A DNA stretch of 44,283 nucleotides from Acidovorax sp. (GTDB taxonomy: Bacteria > Pseudomonadota > Gammaproteobacteria > Burkholderiales > Burkholderiaceae_C): assembly GCA_046318695.1 (NCBI GenBank), contig JBKCTS010000276.1, positions 1 to 44,283 of the forward strand, in the 5' to 3' direction. Positions 30,528-39,532 of the stretch are shown piece after piece. Within the stretch, counting starts at the first letter, position 1; each line of letters begins with the position of its first letter. Below the pieces are notes generated by a model. That model searched no databases and had not been told where the DNA came from. It saw only the letters and a program-made list of their open reading frames with translations. The position numbers were made by a program, and so were the translations under genes.

Positions 30528-31571
30528 TCAGGTCGCGGTGGCAGGCAGCACACCCAGCAATTGGTGCAGCCGTGGGCTGGTGGTGGTGTATTGCAGCGCC
30601 ACCTTGTCGCCCTTGATGGCCTCGGCCGCACCAAAGGCCGCCAGTGTGGCCTCATGAAAGCCGCACAGGATGAGCTTGCGTTTGCCGGGGTAGGTGTTGA
30701 TGTCGCCCACGGCGTAGATGCCCGGCACGCTGGTGCGAAAGGCCTCGGTGTCCACCACCAGTTGCTTGCGTTCCAGGGCAAGGCCCCAGTCGGCAATGGG
30801 CCCCAGGCGGGGCGAGATGCCGAGCACGGCCAGCAGCACATCGAGCGGCAGGGCGCGGGTATGGCCATCGGGCCCCACCACTTGCAAGGCCGATAGCTGG
30901 TCGCCCGTGGTGTCGATGCCAGTGATCTGCGCGGCCTCGACGTGGATGCGCCCGGCATCCCGCAAGTGCTGCAGGCGCTGCAGCAGGGCGTCTGGGGCGT
31001 GGAAGACATCGCGGCGGTGCAGCAGGCTCACGCGGGCGGCCTGGCCTTGCTCGGCCAGTTCCACCGCGCGTGCCACGGCGGGCTCATCGCCGCCATGCAC
31101 GACCACATGCTGGCCGGTGACGTCGGCCGTGGCGGGCAGGTGCTGGTAGTGGACCTGGGTGCCCACAAAACGCTCGATGCCTTCCACCTTGAGCGTGCGC
31201 GGTACAAAGGCACCCACACCAGCCGCGATGAACACCGCGCGGGCCCGCAGGGGTGTGCCCTGCGAGGTTTCGAGCAGCAGGCGCCCGTCGGGCTGCGCGG
31301 TGAGCGCAGACACCAGCGTGTTGAGGTGCCACTGGGTCTTGAACGGAGCAATTTGCCGCAGCAGCAGATCTGTGAGCTCCCGCCCCGTGCACACCGGAAT
31401 GCCGGGGATGTCGTAGATGGGTTTGTCGCCATACAGCTCGACACACTGGCCGCCCGCGTGGGGCAGGGCGTCGATCAGGTGGGCGGTGATGCCCTGCAGG
31501 CCGAGCTGGAAGACCTGGAACAGGCCCACGGGGCCTGCGCCGATGACCACCGCGTCGGTTTCTTGAATCAT
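30528..31571 (-). CDS. Thioredoxin reductase-like ferredoxin--NADP reductase
   Basis: [44 protein letters not shown]; downstream of ferredoxin. Confidence 0.88.
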   Translation of the reverse strand: MIQETDAVVIGAGPVGLFQVFQLGLQGITAHLIDALPHAGGQCVELYGDKPIYDIPGIPVCTGRELTDLLLRQIAPFKTQWHLNTLVSALTAQPDGRLLLETSQGTPLRARAVFIAAGVGAFVPRTLKVEGIERFVGTQVHYQHLPATADVTGQHVVVHGGDEPAVARAVELAEQGQAARVSLLHRRDVFHAPDALLQRLQHLRDAGRIHVEAAQITGIDTTGDQLSALQVVGPDGHTRALPLDVLLAVLGISPRLGPIADWGLALERKQLVVDTEAFRTSVPGIYAVGDINTYPGKRKLILCGFHEATLAAFGAAEAIKGDKVALQYTTTSPRLHQLLGVLPATAT

Positions 31572-31627
31572 GGCCTTGCCGCCGCGGTGGCTGTGTTGGG
31601 TGCCGGGGGGTGTGCGGTCTGCGGGCG

Positions 31628-31687
31628 CCGTTCGCGATGGGTTTGTCGAGGCGCGGTGAGGGGCTTCGACAAGCTCAGCCCGAACGT
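31628..31687. repeat. REP-type inverted repeat (degenerate)
   Basis: CCGTTCGcgaTGgGtTTGTCGA ... TTCGACAAGCTCAGCCCGAACG; homologous to 33613-33680. Confidence 0.7.
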
Positions 31688-31833
31688 GTGGGGGTGGCGG
31701 GACACGTTCAGCCTGAACGGGTGGGGGCGGCGGGACGATTTCAGCCCGAACGGTTGGGGGAGGAGCGACTCTTCCGGCCCGAACGGGTGCGGGTGGCGGG
31801 ACGCTTCCTGCCCGAACGGTTGGGGCAGGTGGA
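31675..31833. repeat. Tandem repeat, about five 33-bp units
   Basis: Units start at 31675, 31708, 31741, 31774, 31807; consensus TCAGCCCGAACGGNTGGGGGNGGCGGGAC. Confidence 0.9.
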
Positions 31834-32163
31834 TCACTTGATCAGTTGGTTGACCTTGCCGGGCTTGCCGTTCCACTCGTCGGCGTCGGGCAGCGCGGGC
31901 TTGCGTTTGGTGATGCTCTTCCAGCCGTCGGCAAACGCCAGGTCGGCGTTGAGCTTGATGAAGGCGATTTGATCGGCCGGAAGGTCTTCTTCGGCAAAGA
32001 TGGCGTTGGCCGGGCATTCGGGGATGCAGACGGCGCAATCAATGCACTCGTCCGGATCGATGACGAGCATGTTCGGGCCTTCGCGGAAGCAGTCCACGGG
32101 GCACACGTCCACACAATCGGTGTACTTGCACTTGATGCAGTTTTCGGAGACGACGTGGGTCAT
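31834..32163 (-). CDS. fdxA: 7Fe ferredoxin
   Basis: [26 protein letters not shown]...[12 protein letters not shown]. Confidence 0.96.
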   Translation of the reverse strand: MTHVVSENCIKCKYTDCVDVCPVDCFREGPNMLVIDPDECIDCAVCIPECPANAIFAEEDLPADQIAFIKLNADLAFADGWKSITKRKPALPDADEWNGKPGKVNQLIK

Positions 32164-32277
32164 GACAAGGCGTGTGTGGGGCGGTGAAGACCCGCGATTT
32201 TAGAAGCTTTCACCGACCGTTGGTTACAGGGCCCCTCTCGCGGGAGGGGAGTCTTTGGCGATGGCCGCTGTGCTGGA

Positions 32278-33591
32278 TCAGTTCACCAGCACGGCGCCCG
32301 CAGTCTTGTGGCTGGCGGTGTCCACCAGGATCAGCGAGCCGAGCACGCGGGCTTGGCCGAAAGCGGCGGCCGGAACGGCCTCTTGCAGCAGCAAATCGAC
32401 ATGGCCGATGGCATTGGGGTCAAGCTGGGTGGCGGGCTCCTCGGCCAGCGTGTTGATGTTGAGTTTGTGCACCACGGCTTTGACCTTGGCCTTGACCCAA
32501 CGGTGGCCGTGCAGCGCCCAGTACACGCGGCCCGCCACCAGGGGTTCGTCATCCATCCAGGCGACGGTGGTGTGCAGTTCGCGGCGGGCAGGCCAGGCGG
32601 GCACGGCTGCGGGGGTGTCGCCAAAGTCGTCGTCGGCCGGGGTTGCCGTTGCGGCGGGGGCGGCCACAATCCAGTCGCCGCGCGACACATCCACCTCGCG
32701 GTCCAGGATGATGCCCGCGCTGGTACCTGCGGGCACGTCCTTGGGGCGGCGGGCATGGTCCAGCACCTGGGCCACGGTGGCAAGCTGGCCGCTGGGGAAA
32801 ATCTGCACCGGCGTGCCGGGCGCCACGTTGCCCGCAGCCACACGGCCCCAGAACACACGGCGGCCTTGCGAGGTGTCGGACGAAGACGAGAACTTTTCAA
32901 CCCACTGCACCGGGAAGGCCAGCGCCAGGCCTGTGTCGGCGGGGGTGTTGGGCAGATCTTCCAGCACTTGCAGCAGCGTGGGGCCTTCGTAGCCGCACCA
33001 GCCTGCATGGGCGTCCACCACGTTCCAGCCTTTCAGTGCGGAGATGGGCACGGTGGCGCGCACGGTGATGCCAGCCGCCTCGGCGAAGGACTGCAGCGCG
33101 CCCTGGATGTGTTTGCAAGCCAGCGCGGGGTCTTCCACCGCGTCGAGCTTGTTCACGGCAAACACCAGCGAGTGCACGCGCAGCAAATGCGCCAGCAGGC
33201 TGTGGCGGCGGGTTTGCGGCAGCAGGGCCACCTCGGGCTGGCTCAGGTCGAGCTTGGTCACGTCCACCAGCACCACGGCGGCGTCACTGCCCGCGGCGGC
33301 CGTCACCATGTTGCGCGTGTACTGCTCGTGGCCGGGGGCGTCGGCAATGATGAACTTGCGCGTTTTGGTGGCGAAGTAGCGGTAGGCCACGTCGATGGTG
33401 ATGCCTTGCTCGCGCTCGGCCTCGAGACCGTCGGTCAGCAGGCTCAGGTCCAGGGGCTTGCCGACGGCGCGGCGGGCCAGCACGTCGAGTTGGTCGGCCA
33501 GGATGGCCTGGCTGTCGAACAGCAGCCGGCCGATGAGGGTGCTTTTGCCGTCGTCGACGGAGCCAGCGGTGAGGAAGCGAAGGGCTTGCAT
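32278..33591 (-). CDS. cysN: Sulfate adenylyltransferase subunit 1
   Basis: GSVDDGKSTLIGRL, EREQGITIDVAYRYF, DAPGHEQY, NKLD. Confidence 0.95.
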   Translation of the reverse strand: MQALRFLTAGSVDDGKSTLIGRLLFDSQAILADQLDVLARRAVGKPLDLSLLTDGLEAEREQGITIDVAYRYFATKTRKFIIADAPGHEQYTRNMVTAAAGSDAAVVLVDVTKLDLSQPEVALLPQTRRHSLLAHLLRVHSLVFAVNKLDAVEDPALACKHIQGALQSFAEAAGITVRATVPISALKGWNVVDAHAGWCGYEGPTLLQVLEDLPNTPADTGLALAFPVQWVEKFSSSSDTSQGRRVFWGRVAAGNVAPGTPVQIFPSGQLATVAQVLDHARRPKDVPAGTSAGIILDREVDVSRGDWIVAAPAATATPADDDFGDTPAAVPAWPARRELHTTVAWMDDEPLVAGRVYWALHGHRWVKAKVKAVVHKLNINTLAEEPATQLDPNAIGHVDLLLQEAVPAAAFGQARVLGSLILVDTASHKTAGAVLVN

Positions 33592-33612
33592 GGGTGGGAT
33601 GGGTCTCGGTGC

Positions 33613-33680
33613 CCGTTCGCCCTGAGGTATCGAAGGGCCGCGGGGTGAGCGCGGGGGCTTCGATACCTCAGCCCGAACGG
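33613..33680. repeat. REP-type inverted repeat
   Basis: CCGTTCGCCCTGAGGTATCGAAG ... CTTCGATACCTCAGCCCGAACGG. Confidence 0.8.
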
Positions 33681-33705
33681 TGGTGGGAAGGCGGCCGGGA
33701 AGGCG

Positions 33706-34671
33706 TTAGAAATAACCCTCTTTCTTGCGCTTTTCCATCGAGGCTTCGCTGGTGCGGTCGTCCATGCGCGTGGCCCCGCGCTCGCTGACGGTCACGGTCA
33801 GCGTTTCGGCCACCACCTCGGTGGCGTTGCGGGCCGGGCTTTCCACGGGGCAGGTGCAGGTCATGTCGCCCACGGTGCGGAAGCGCACCTCCACCGTCTC
33901 CACCGTTTCACCGTCTTGCGGCGGCGTCACCTCGGTCAGCGGCACCAGCAGGCCCTTGCGCCGCATCACTTGGCGCTGGTGCGCGTAGTACATGGGCGGC
34001 AGCGGGATGCTTTCACGGGCGATGTACAGCCACACGTCCAGCTCGGTCCAGTTGCTGATGGGGAAGCAGCGGAAGTGCTCGCCCGGGCGGATGCGGGTGT
34101 TGAACAGGGTCCACAGTTCGGGGCGCTGCTCCTTGGGCTGCCATTGGCCGAAGCTGTCGCGGTGGCTGAAGATGCGTTCCTTGGCGCGGGCCTTCTCTTC
34201 GTCGCGGCGGGCGCCGCCGATGAGGGCGTCGAACTTGTGCTCTTCGATGGTCTCCAGCAGCGTCACCGTCTGGTGGCCGTTGCGGCTTTCCAGCGGGTGG
34301 GCCAGGCGGATGGTGCCCTTGGCCATGCTGTCTTCCAGGTGGCCGACCACCAGGCGCTCTTGCATGGTGGCCACGCGCTCGTCGCGGAAGGCGATGACCT
34401 CGGGGAAGTTGTGACCCGTGTCGATGTGCACCAGCGGGAAGGGCAGCTGCCCGCGGAAGCCGCTGGGGTGGCTGGCGTCCTTCAGCTTGAAGGCCTTCTC
34501 GGCGAGGCGCAGGACGACGCAGCTGTCCTTGCCGCCGCTGAACAGCAGGGCGGGGCGCTCGAAGCTGGCGGCCACCTCGCGCAAGATGAAGATGGCTTCT
34601 TCTTCCAGCGCATCGAGGTGCGCGTGGTCGACGTCGGGAATGAGGTTTTCAGGCTTCACAGCAGCATTCAT
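33706..34671 (-). CDS. cysD: Sulfate adenylyltransferase subunit 2
   Basis: LFSGGKDS, GGARRDEEKARAKER, FRTVGD, SMEKRKKEGYF. Confidence 0.96.
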   Translation of the reverse strand: MNAAVKPENLIPDVDHAHLDALEEEAIFILREVAASFERPALLFSGGKDSCVVLRLAEKAFKLKDASHPSGFRGQLPFPLVHIDTGHNFPEVIAFRDERVATMQERLVVGHLEDSMAKGTIRLAHPLESRNGHQTVTLLETIEEHKFDALIGGARRDEEKARAKERIFSHRDSFGQWQPKEQRPELWTLFNTRIRPGEHFRCFPISNWTELDVWLYIARESIPLPPMYYAHQRQVMRRKGLLVPLTEVTPPQDGETVETVEVRFRTVGDMTCTCPVESPARNATEVVAETLTVTVSERGATRMDDRTSEASMEKRKKEGYF

Positions 34672-35438
34672 GATTTCGCGTGCAGACCGCACTCTTTCGT
34701 GGAGTCTTCCCACCACCAACGCCCAGCGCGGAAGTCCTCGCCCACGGCAATGGCGCGGGTGCACGGCGCGCCGCCGATGCTGGGCATGAACTGGTCGTGC
34801 AGCGGGGTGGTGGGCCCGGCACATCGCTCGACGTAGGCCCAGACTTCGGCCCAGGTCCAGTCGGCGATGGGGCTGATTTTCCGGCGGCTCATGTTGGGCG
34901 TCATGCCGTCGTCCTCGTCAAACGCCACCTCGGCGCGGGCGCCCGATTGCTCGCGGCGCAGGCCGGTGATCCAGGCGCTGCGGCCGGCCAACATGCGGCC
35001 CAGGGGCTCGAGCTTGCGCACGCCGCAGCAGGCCTTGCGCAGCTCGATGGACTTGAACATGGCGTCCTCGCCCTCGCGCTTCACAAAGGCAATGACTTGC
35101 TCTTGTTGGGGCTGGAACACGGTCACGTCCCGCCCGTACTGGGCCTGGATGCGCGGCAACAGGCCCAGGGTTTCCGGGTGCAGCTTGCCGGTGTCCAGCG
35201 TGGCGATGTCGATGGGCAGCTGGTGGCGGGCGATCAGGTCGGTGACGACCATGTCTTCCACGCCCAGGCTGCTGCTTTGCACCAGACCCTGGCCGTGGGC
35301 GATGCTGGCCTCGCGCAGGCGCTGCACGGCGGCCTCGATCTTGGCGTCCAGCGCCGGGCTCCAGCGCGCGTACAACGCGATGGCATTGCCCGCGGTCGCG
35401 GAGGCCGGGGCGGCCCAAGGCAGGGCGCTGCTGCTCAT
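34668..35438 (-). CDS. cysH: APS/PAPS reductase
   Basis: LDTGKLH, CCGVRK, WITGLRREQS, RAGRWWWE, KECGLH. Confidence 0.93.
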   Translation of the reverse strand: MSSSALPWAAPASATAGNAIALYARWSPALDAKIEAAVQRLREASIAHGQGLVQSSSLGVEDMVVTDLIARHQLPIDIATLDTGKLHPETLGLLPRIQAQYGRDVTVFQPQQEQVIAFVKREGEDAMFKSIELRKACCGVRKLEPLGRMLAGRSAWITGLRREQSGARAEVAFDEDDGMTPNMSRRKISPIADWTWAEVWAYVERCAGPTTPLHDQFMPSIGGAPCTRAIAVGEDFRAGRWWWEDSTKECGLHAKS

Positions 35439-35917
35439 CGGGCGAACACCGGCGCTGTGGCGTGCACGTCGCCTTGGTAGAAGCCTTGCGGGAAGAAGGC
35501 CAGCGCGCGCTCGGCCGCCGCTTGGCTTTGGTCGCCGCGCAGTTGCACCTCGCTGAAACCGGTGCGGTGCAGCAGCTGCATCATGTCCACCAGCACCTGG
35601 CCGCTGGCGCGGATGGCGCCGGCAAAGCGGTAGCGGGCGCGAAGCAATCGAGCCTGGCTGTAGGCGCGGCCGTCGGTCCACTTGGGGAAGTCCAGCACCA
35701 CCAGGGCGATGCGGTCCAGGTCGGGGGCCAGCTGCGCGATGTCGGCGTCGTTGGGGAACTCGATGGCCACGGGCACATCGGCCGGCCAGTGGCTGCGCAC
35801 TGCGTGCCATTGCTCCAGGCTCAGCAGGCGATTCGGCGCGGGATCGGGGTCGGGCTTGGGGCCGTCTTCGCCCACCGCGTGCTGCCAAAGGTCGTGGTGC
35901 AGGTCGATGTACTTCAT
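35435..35917 (-). CDS. DUF934 family protein (sulfite reduction accessory)
   Basis: FPKWTDGRAYSQARLLR; position between cysI and cysH. Confidence 0.85.
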   Translation of the reverse strand: MKYIDLHHDLWQHAVGEDGPKPDPDPAPNRLLSLEQWHAVRSHWPADVPVAIEFPNDADIAQLAPDLDRIALVVLDFPKWTDGRAYSQARLLRARYRFAGAIRASGQVLVDMMQLLHRTGFSEVQLRGDQSQAAAERALAFFPQGFYQGDVHATAPVFAR

Positions 35918-35928
35918 GGCAATTCCGA

Positions 35929-37650
35929 TCACGCTCGCGCGGTGGCCACGCGCACGGCGTTGGCGGCGGCCTTGAAGGGGTCCAGGCCGAGGCGTTTGAC
36001 GGCGTCGACGAAGCGCTCGCCACTCAGGCGCTGGGCCTTGTAGGTGTCGAGCACGGCCTCGATGGCGTCGGCGATCTCGTCGGCCGCGAAGCTCGGGCCG
36101 ATGACCTTGCCGGCCACGGCCGGGCCGCTCAGGGTGGAGCCGTCGCTGCCGCCCAGGGTCAGCTGGTACCACTCGGTGCCGTCCTTGTCGACGCCCAGCA
36201 CGCCGATGTGGCCGCTGTGGTGGTGGCCGCAGGAATTGATGCAGCCGCTGATGTGCAGGTCGATGTCGCCCAGGTCTTCCAGCTCGTCGAGGTCTTGGTA
36301 GCGCTCGGCGATGTCGGCGGCGATGGGCAGCGAGCGGGCGTTGGCCAGCGCGCAGTAGTCGCCCCCGGGGCAGGCGATCTGGTCGGTCAGGCGGCCGGCG
36401 TTGGGCGTGGCGAAGCCGGCGGCGCGCGCGGCCTGGAACAGCTCCGGCAGGTCGGCCTCTTTCACCCAGGGCAGCACGAGGTTTTGGCGGTGGCTCACGC
36501 GCAGTTCGCCGTGGCTGAAGCGGTCGGCCAGCGCGGCGGCGGTGTCCATCACGTCGGCCGTGGTGTCGCCCGGTGGGATGCCCACGCGCTTGAGGCTCAG
36601 GGTCACGGCGCGGTGGCCGCTGACGCGGTGGCCGTGCACGTTGCGCTGCAGCCAGCGCTGGTAGGCGGGCTCGGCGTTCAGTGCGGCCACGTCGATGGCG
36701 GGCGCGGCTTGCAGCCCTTCCGGGTCGACAAAGCCGGCCTTCACGCGGGCCAGTTCGGCCTCGGGGATCAGGTGCTCGTGGCCACCGGCGTCATCCGCCA
36801 AGATGGCGGCGAACTCGGCGTTCACGGCGTCGACAAACTTTTGCCCTTCGGCCTTCACCAAGATCTTGATGCGGGCCTTGTAGAGGTTGTCGCGGCGGCC
36901 GGCCAGGTTGTAGACGCGGACGATGGCTTCGATGAAGACCAGGATCTGCTGCCAGGGCACGAAGGCGTTGATCTCGGTGGCAATGATGGGCGTGCGCCCC
37001 ATGCCGCCGCCCACGAAGACCTGGAAGCCCACCTCGCCGGCGGCGTTCTTCTTCAGCTGCAAGCCGATGTCGTGCCACAGGATGGCAGCGCGGTCTTCGG
37101 CGGCGCCGCTCACGGCGATCTTGAACTTGCGCGGCAGGTGGGCGAACTCGGGGTGGAGCGTGGACCACTGGCGCAGGATTTCGCAATACGGCCGCGCGTC
37201 CTCGATCTCGTCGGGCGCGATGCCCACGAACGCGTCGCTGGTGATGTTGCGGATGCAGTTGCCGCTGGTCTGGATGCCGTGCATGTCCACGGCGGCCAGC
37301 AGGTCCATCACGTCGGCGCTCTTGTCCAGCGGGATCCAGTTGTACTGCAGGTTTTGGCGCGTGGTGAAGTGGCCGTAGCCGCCCTGACCGGCGAAGGGGC
37401 CGCTGCTCACCACGTCGTACTCGCGGGCGATCTTGGCCAGTTGGCGCAGCTGGCGGCTGCTCAGCTCGCCGTAGGGAATGGCCACGCGCAGCATGGGTGC
37501 GTGGCGCTGCACGTACCAGCCGTTTTGCAGGCGCAGCGGGCGGAAGTCGTCGGTGCTCAGCTCGCCGCGCAGGTGGCGCTCGAGCTGGTCGCGGTACTGT
37601 GCGGCACGTTGGTGGACGAACTGACGGTCGAAGTCGGTGTAACGGTACAT
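35929..37650 (-). CDS. cysI: Ferredoxin-type sulfite reductase hemoprotein
   Basis: HFTTRQN, LPRKFK, ACPGGDYCALA, ISGCINSCG. Confidence 0.93.
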   Translation of the reverse strand: MYRYTDFDRQFVHQRAAQYRDQLERHLRGELSTDDFRPLRLQNGWYVQRHAPMLRVAIPYGELSSRQLRQLAKIAREYDVVSSGPFAGQGGYGHFTTRQNLQYNWIPLDKSADVMDLLAAVDMHGIQTSGNCIRNITSDAFVGIAPDEIEDARPYCEILRQWSTLHPEFAHLPRKFKIAVSGAAEDRAAILWHDIGLQLKKNAAGEVGFQVFVGGGMGRTPIIATEINAFVPWQQILVFIEAIVRVYNLAGRRDNLYKARIKILVKAEGQKFVDAVNAEFAAILADDAGGHEHLIPEAELARVKAGFVDPEGLQAAPAIDVAALNAEPAYQRWLQRNVHGHRVSGHRAVTLSLKRVGIPPGDTTADVMDTAAALADRFSHGELRVSHRQNLVLPWVKEADLPELFQAARAAGFATPNAGRLTDQIACPGGDYCALANARSLPIAADIAERYQDLDELEDLGDIDLHISGCINSCGHHHSGHIGVLGVDKDGTEWYQLTLGGSDGSTLSGPAVAGKVIGPSFAADEIADAIEAVLDTYKAQRLSGERFVDAVKRLGLDPFKAAANAVRVATARA

Positions 37651-37655
37651 AAGCT

Positions 37656-38639
37656 TCAGGCCAGGGCCTTCCAGAGGTTGAAGGCGCTGATCAACACGAT
37701 GACGGTGCCCACCAACGCCAACAGGGCCTTGGTGTGCAGCTTGCTAGTAAGTAGGGCGGCAAAAGGGGCAGCGAACAGGCCGCCGACCACCAGGCCGGCC
37801 ACCGTCGTCCAGGGGCTTTCGCCCACGAGCACGGCGAACACGCCGGCGCTGATGAAGGTCAGGAAGAACTCGGCCAGGTTCACCGAGCCGATGGTCATAC
37901 GCGGGTCGTTGCCGGTACCCACCAAGGTGGTGGTCACCACCGGGCCCCAGCCGCCACCGCCGACCGCGTCGACAAAGCCGCCGAACAGACCCAGCTTGGC
38001 CACGTGCTTGGGCTCCTCGCGGCGCGGCTTGATCTTGCGAAAGATCTTGCTGATGACATAGAGCCCCATCAGCATCAGGTAGCCGGCGATGAAGGGCTTG
38101 ATCAGGTTGCCATCCACGCTGGACACCACCCAGGCGCCCGCGGCCGCACCGATCATCCCGGGCACCAACAGGCGCAAGAACAGGCGCTTGTTCACGTTGC
38201 CCAGCTTGATGTGCGAGATGCCCGACACACCGGTGGTGAACACCTCGGCAATGTGCACCGAAGCACTGGCCACCGCCGGGCTGGTGCCCGTGGCCAGCAG
38301 GAAGCTGGTGCTGGTGATGCCGTAGGCCATGCCCAGCGCCCCGTCGACCGTCTGGGCCAACAGGCCCACGGCGGCGGCCAACCAAAACTCGCGGCTTTGC
38401 AGGGCTTGAACGATCAGCTCGAAGCCGCTGTGCCCCGCACCGGGTTGGGTGAACAGTCGTGTCGCCAAGGCGATGGTCAGCGCCATCAGCAGGAACACCA
38501 CCGACCACATGGCAAAGCGCAGCACAGGGTGGTGCGGGTCGTGGGCGTGGGTCACCGCGTTTTCCAGGGGCGGCAGGCCCAGGGCCGCGTGTTCGGCGTT
38601 CACCGGGTTGTCGCTGAGGTCGAGGTCGCGGATTTTCAT
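37656..38639 (-). CDS. TauE/SafE (TSUP) family transporter
   Basis: DGALGMAYG and DAVGGGGWGP repeats; first gene of cys operon. Confidence 0.88.
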   Translation of the reverse strand: MKIRDLDLSDNPVNAEHAALGLPPLENAVTHAHDPHHPVLRFAMWSVVFLLMALTIALATRLFTQPGAGHSGFELIVQALQSREFWLAAAVGLLAQTVDGALGMAYGITSTSFLLATGTSPAVASASVHIAEVFTTGVSGISHIKLGNVNKRLFLRLLVPGMIGAAAGAWVVSSVDGNLIKPFIAGYLMLMGLYVISKIFRKIKPRREEPKHVAKLGLFGGFVDAVGGGGWGPVVTTTLVGTGNDPRMTIGSVNLAEFFLTFISAGVFAVLVGESPWTTVAGLVVGGLFAAPFAALLTSKLHTKALLALVGTVIVLISAFNLWKALA

Positions 38640-38720
38640 GGCGGGCGCGACTCTACGAGGCGGTAGTTATTCCAGCAACGAAGTATTCGTTCTCTTTATA
38701 TTCAGATGCGGAATATGGCT

Positions 38721-39374
38721 TCAGCGACCCGGCTCTCGCCATGTCGCCGCCCCCAGCAGCACCACCCGCAACTGCCTCACGAAGGTTTCCGTCATTTCGG
38801 CCTCCAGCAAGGGTTGCTGGGGGGGCAGGTCCAGCATCTCGGGCGCGGCGGCCAGCATCGTGGTGACCACCAAGCCGCACACCATCTGCAGGCTGGGCGT
38901 GGGCATGTCGGGGTAGGCGCCCAGGTGGCGGAAGTCCTGCGCCATTTCGTGGGTGAAGTGCACCACCTCGTTGCGGATGGCCAGGCGCAGCAGACGGCTG
39001 CCGCCCGCGCGCTCGCTCGAGATGAAGCGGAACATCGGTCGGTTGGCCTTCACATAGTCGTGGTAGACCTGCACCGATCGCCGCACCACCGAGCCTTGTG
39101 CGGTGCCCATGGTTCGTGCCTCGCGCAGCAGGCGCCTCAGGGTGATCCCCACCTCCTCCACCAGGGCCAGGCCCAGCTCGTCGGTGTTGCGGAAGTGCCG
39201 GTAGAAGGCGTTGGGCGCCACGCCGGCCTCGCGCACGATCTCGCGCAGCGCCAAGCTGGTGAAGCTGCGTCCTTCGTCGATCAGCGTCAGCGCTGCTTGC
39301 ATCAGCGCCTGGCGTGTCAGGTCCTTGCGCTCAGCGCGCGACAGGCTGTCCTTGCGAGAGCTGGTGTCGGTCAT
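38721..39374 (-). CDS. TetR regulator, FabR/DesT type
   Basis: SLALREIVREAGVAPNAFYRHF; divergent from desaturase operon. Confidence 0.88.
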   Translation of the reverse strand: MTDTSSRKDSLSRAERKDLTRQALMQAALTLIDEGRSFTSLALREIVREAGVAPNAFYRHFRNTDELGLALVEEVGITLRRLLREARTMGTAQGSVVRRSVQVYHDYVKANRPMFRFISSERAGGSRLLRLAIRNEVVHFTHEMAQDFRHLGAYPDMPTPSLQMVCGLVVTTMLAAAPEMLDLPPQQPLLEAEMTETFVRQLRVVLLGAATWREPGR

Positions 39375-39473
39375 GCCGACATTTTGCCTGCGGCAGGTTG
39401 ACGGTTGTCGTTTTGGTTTGACGACCGTTCTTGGATGCCGTCCTCTAAAGAGAAGGATTGCCGCGCCATTTCG

Positions 39474-39489
39474 GTGGACAAATGTACAC
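39474..39489. promoter_or_regulatory. Putative FabR/DesT operator
   Basis: Near-palindrome GTGGACAAATGTACAC between regulator and target genes. Confidence 0.55.
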
Positions 39490-39532
39490 AATGCGGACGT
39501 CGCCCACTTTGGCGGCGCCCCAAAGGTTTCTC

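Noticed and set aside
31675-31833. 33-bp periodic array as a CRISPR
   Set aside because: The would-be spacers resemble each other, the period is too short, and no cas genes are present; it is a tandem repeat.
31568-32038. ORFs with 11-aa repeats (PHPFG.. / PNGWG.. / PERLG..)
   Set aside because: By-products of a stop-free 33-bp repeat; they overlap fdxA or the reductase and are open in several frames.
38655-38718. AT-rich tract upstream of the cys operon as a CysB/Cbl site
   Set aside because: Plausible by position, but no motif could be fixed with confidence and no LysR gene is adjacent.
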